From assembly GCA_038046805.1 (NCBI GenBank), contig JBBSVO010000002.1:2528-66527 (forward strand): a stretch of DNA of 64,000 bases. The letters are read 5' to 3'. Below the pieces are notes generated by a model, which was not told where the DNA came from, searched no databases, and saw only the letters and a list, made by a program, of their open reading frames with translations. How positions within the stretch are numbered: position 1 is the stretch's first letter; every line of letters starts with the position of its first letter. The position numbers and the translations under genes were made by a program. Below, piece after piece: positions 62,305 to 64,000 of the stretch. The stretch comes from Candidatus Micrarchaeota archaeon (GTDB lineage: Archaea; Micrarchaeota; Micrarchaeia; Anstonellales; Bilamarchaeaceae).

Positions 62305-64000
62305 CTAGAATGGTATTGGTATAATCAACGCCACTTCCCGCACTCCCTTTACCATTGCCTTATTCCACCATTGGATTCTCTTTTCTATTTGCTTTAACAA
62401 GTCTCTGAATGCTTCTTTTTCTCCAGGGCCCATCTTACTGTCAGTTATTTTCTTGTGTTCTTTTCCATCAATGACAGTTAATTCCTCTTGTTTTCCTATC
62501 TGCTTTTTCGCCTGTTCATACCATGGCGGAAGTGATGATCTTCGTTTTTTTATTGCGTTGATGAAATCTGTAGTGGTTATATCTCTTTGATGGACCTGCT
62601 TTTTCGCAGTTTCTTCTGCTTCTTCCTTGCTCATCCCTTGTTTCATGAGTTCCTCAGTTCTTTTCTGTATTCCAAAAAATGCCTCTTTCCACGGGAAAGC
62701 TGATGCTTCTTCCACGATTGTTTTAAGGTCTGACGAGGAATATCCAAATGTTGCCAGTGCAAGCCGGGTATACGGAATTCCCTTGGCAACAGGTCTTTTC
62801 TTTGCATGGAGCTTCAATATCGCGATTCTGGAGTTGAAATCCGGTTCAGGGATATAAATTGTCCTTCCGAAACGTCCGCTTCTTCTCAATGCCGGGTCAA
62901 CATCCCATGGCGCATTTGTTGCTGCAATAACCAACACGTTTTCGTTGTTTGCTTCAACACCATCTATTTCATACAGCATCTGGTTTACAGCCATTTTCAT
63001 GTATTGTGCCCCTTCCTGCTGGTCTCTTCTGCCACCAATCGCATCTACTTCATCAAAAAACAATATACATGGGGGATTCTTTCTTGCAAGTTCAAAAACC
63101 TTGTGAATATTCTTTTCTGTGTTACCTACGTACATGTCAAGCAAATCAGACAATTTTGCGTTTATGAAGCCTGCTTTGCATTCTCCTGCCGCTGCCTTGA
63201 GAATGTATGTTTTACCGCATCCCGGAGGTCCATACATCAGTACTCCGCCACCGCCAAGTTTTCCATACTTTCTGGCTAGTTCAGGATTTATCATTGGATA
63301 AACAATCGCCTCGCGGATTTCCTCCTTCATTTTATCCATTCCCGCGACTTCTAAGAACGTCATATTTGGTTTCTGGAGCATTTTTATGTCCCCAGTTCCT
63401 CCAGCTTTTCCATCTCCTCCAGTTCCCTGGTCTTTCTTTGTTTTTGCACTATCAAGATGTGTTTTAGCTTCTGTCAATTCTGGATTCAATTGTAATGCTT
63501 TTTCATAGTCTGTTATAGCTGTTTCAACTTGTCCAGCGTATTCATATGCAAGGCCGCGCAAATGATATGCCTCTGCAAATTCTGGATTAAGGGTGACAAC
63601 CTTTGTGAAATCCTCAATCGCTTTTTCATAATCCTCAATAGAAGCATAAGAAAGTCCGCGATTGTAAAATGCCTTTAAATAATCTGGATTGAGCTGGATT
63701 GCCTTATCATAATCTTTTACTGCATTTTGGAAGTCTTGCTTTCTGTAATATGCATCTCCACGGTTATTGTAAATAATAGGATTGTTTGGGTCAAGCTCTG
63801 CTGATTTGGTATAATCTGCTGTCGCCTTCTCAAAATTCTTAAGTTGGTAATATGAAAGCGCTCTGTTGAAGTATGCTTCTGAGAATATGGGCGTTAATAA
63901 TATTGCCATGTTATAGTTTTCAATTGCCTTTTCGTAGTCTCCTTTCTCGTAATAATCGTTTCCGAGCTGGTAGTATGTCTTTGCGTCTACTGGGTTTGGT
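62305..64000 (-). CDS. TPR-repeat AAA+ ATPase; N-terminus runs off the window
   Basis: The frame stays open upstream of the track ATG (63909) to base 64000, reading ..YYQLGNDYYEKGDYEKAIENYN, which is another TPR. Several TPRs are followed by 'LMYGPPGCGKTY', 'ILFFDEVDAIGG' and 'ATNAPWDVDPALRRSGRF'. Confidence 0.85.
   Translation of the reverse strand, partial: PNPVDAKTYYQLGNDYYEKGDYEKAIENYNMAILLTPIFSEAYFNRALSYYQLKNFEKATADYTKSAELDPNNPIIYNNRGDAYYRKQDFQNAVKDYDKAIQLNPDYLKAFYNRGLSYASIEDYEKAIEDFTKVVTLNPEFAEAYHLRGLAYEYAGQVETAITDYEKALQLNPELTEAKTHLDSAKTKKDQGTGGDGKAGGTGDIKMLQKPNMTFLEVAGMDKMKEEIREAIVYPMINPELARKYGKLGGGGVLMYGPPGCGKTYILKAAAGECKAGFINAKLSDLLDMYVGNTEKNIHKVFELARKNPPCILFFDEVDAIGGRRDQQEGAQYMKMAVNQMLYEIDGVEANNENVLVIAATNAPWDVDPALRRSGRFGRTIYIPEPDFNSRIAILKLHAKKRPVAKGIPYTRLALATFGYSSSDLKTIVEEASAFPWKEAFFGIQKRTEELMKQGMSKEEAEETAKKQVHQRDITTTDFINAIKKRRSSLPPWYEQAKKQIGKQEELTVIDGKEHKKITDSKMGPGEKEAFRDLLKQIEKRIQWWNKAMVKGVREVALIIPIPF

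Overview
The window is a densely packed archaeal chromosomal segment. Archaeal markers include TBP, RFC large subunit, GatD/GatE, CDP-archaeol synthase, Rpo4, eL21, eS26, SepF, Bud32, Cdc48, XPD, a roughly 300-nt SRP RNA and an intron-containing tRNA-Val. Short spacers, many ATGA-type start/stop overlaps and apparently leaderless genes suggest a small-genome, DPANN-like archaeon; that is inference only. About 65 coding genes are supportable, and most of the short antisense ORFs in the track are shadows. Two loci stand out as possibly undescribed systems. (1) At 13.5-24.5 kb, six tandem paralogous polytopic membrane proteins lie on the minus strand. They share a loop motif (LLPxGxxxRxFPxTRxxG), and five of the six share the same C-terminal tail (GxExEIxGxTxLI-COOH). 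They are transcribed divergently, from what looks like one shared TATA box, from a five-gene operon of class-III-signal (type IV pilin-like) proteins. No assembly ATPase, PilC/FlaJ platform or prepilin peptidase is in the locus. (2) At 36.9-42.1 kb, a HerA/DUF87-type ATPase with a long disordered tail is followed, stop-to-start, by two about 525-aa two-module cysteine-rich proteins. These contain a 9-residue xCxxCxxxx ladder. A third copy at 53.1-54.8 kb is split into two overlapping ORFs. Several unannotated structured RNAs are also visible. One is a 285-nt multi-helix element closed by a 13-bp stem (60727-61011). Another is a two-copy roughly 135-nt element with compensatory base changes (34853-34989 and 57014-57145). 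A third is a pair of nested hairpins in a divergent promoter gap (32097-32213). Signs of genome plasticity include a triplicated leuS 3' end bracketing a DUF4143 ATPase cassette. A bacterial-type adenine deaminase sits in a hairpin-rich non-coding island. Duplicated promoter and structured-RNA modules flank tRNA-Val, TBP contains a 54-bp perfect intragenic repeat, and the cdc48 start is duplicated. No CRISPR array, rRNA, integrase or transposase was seen.
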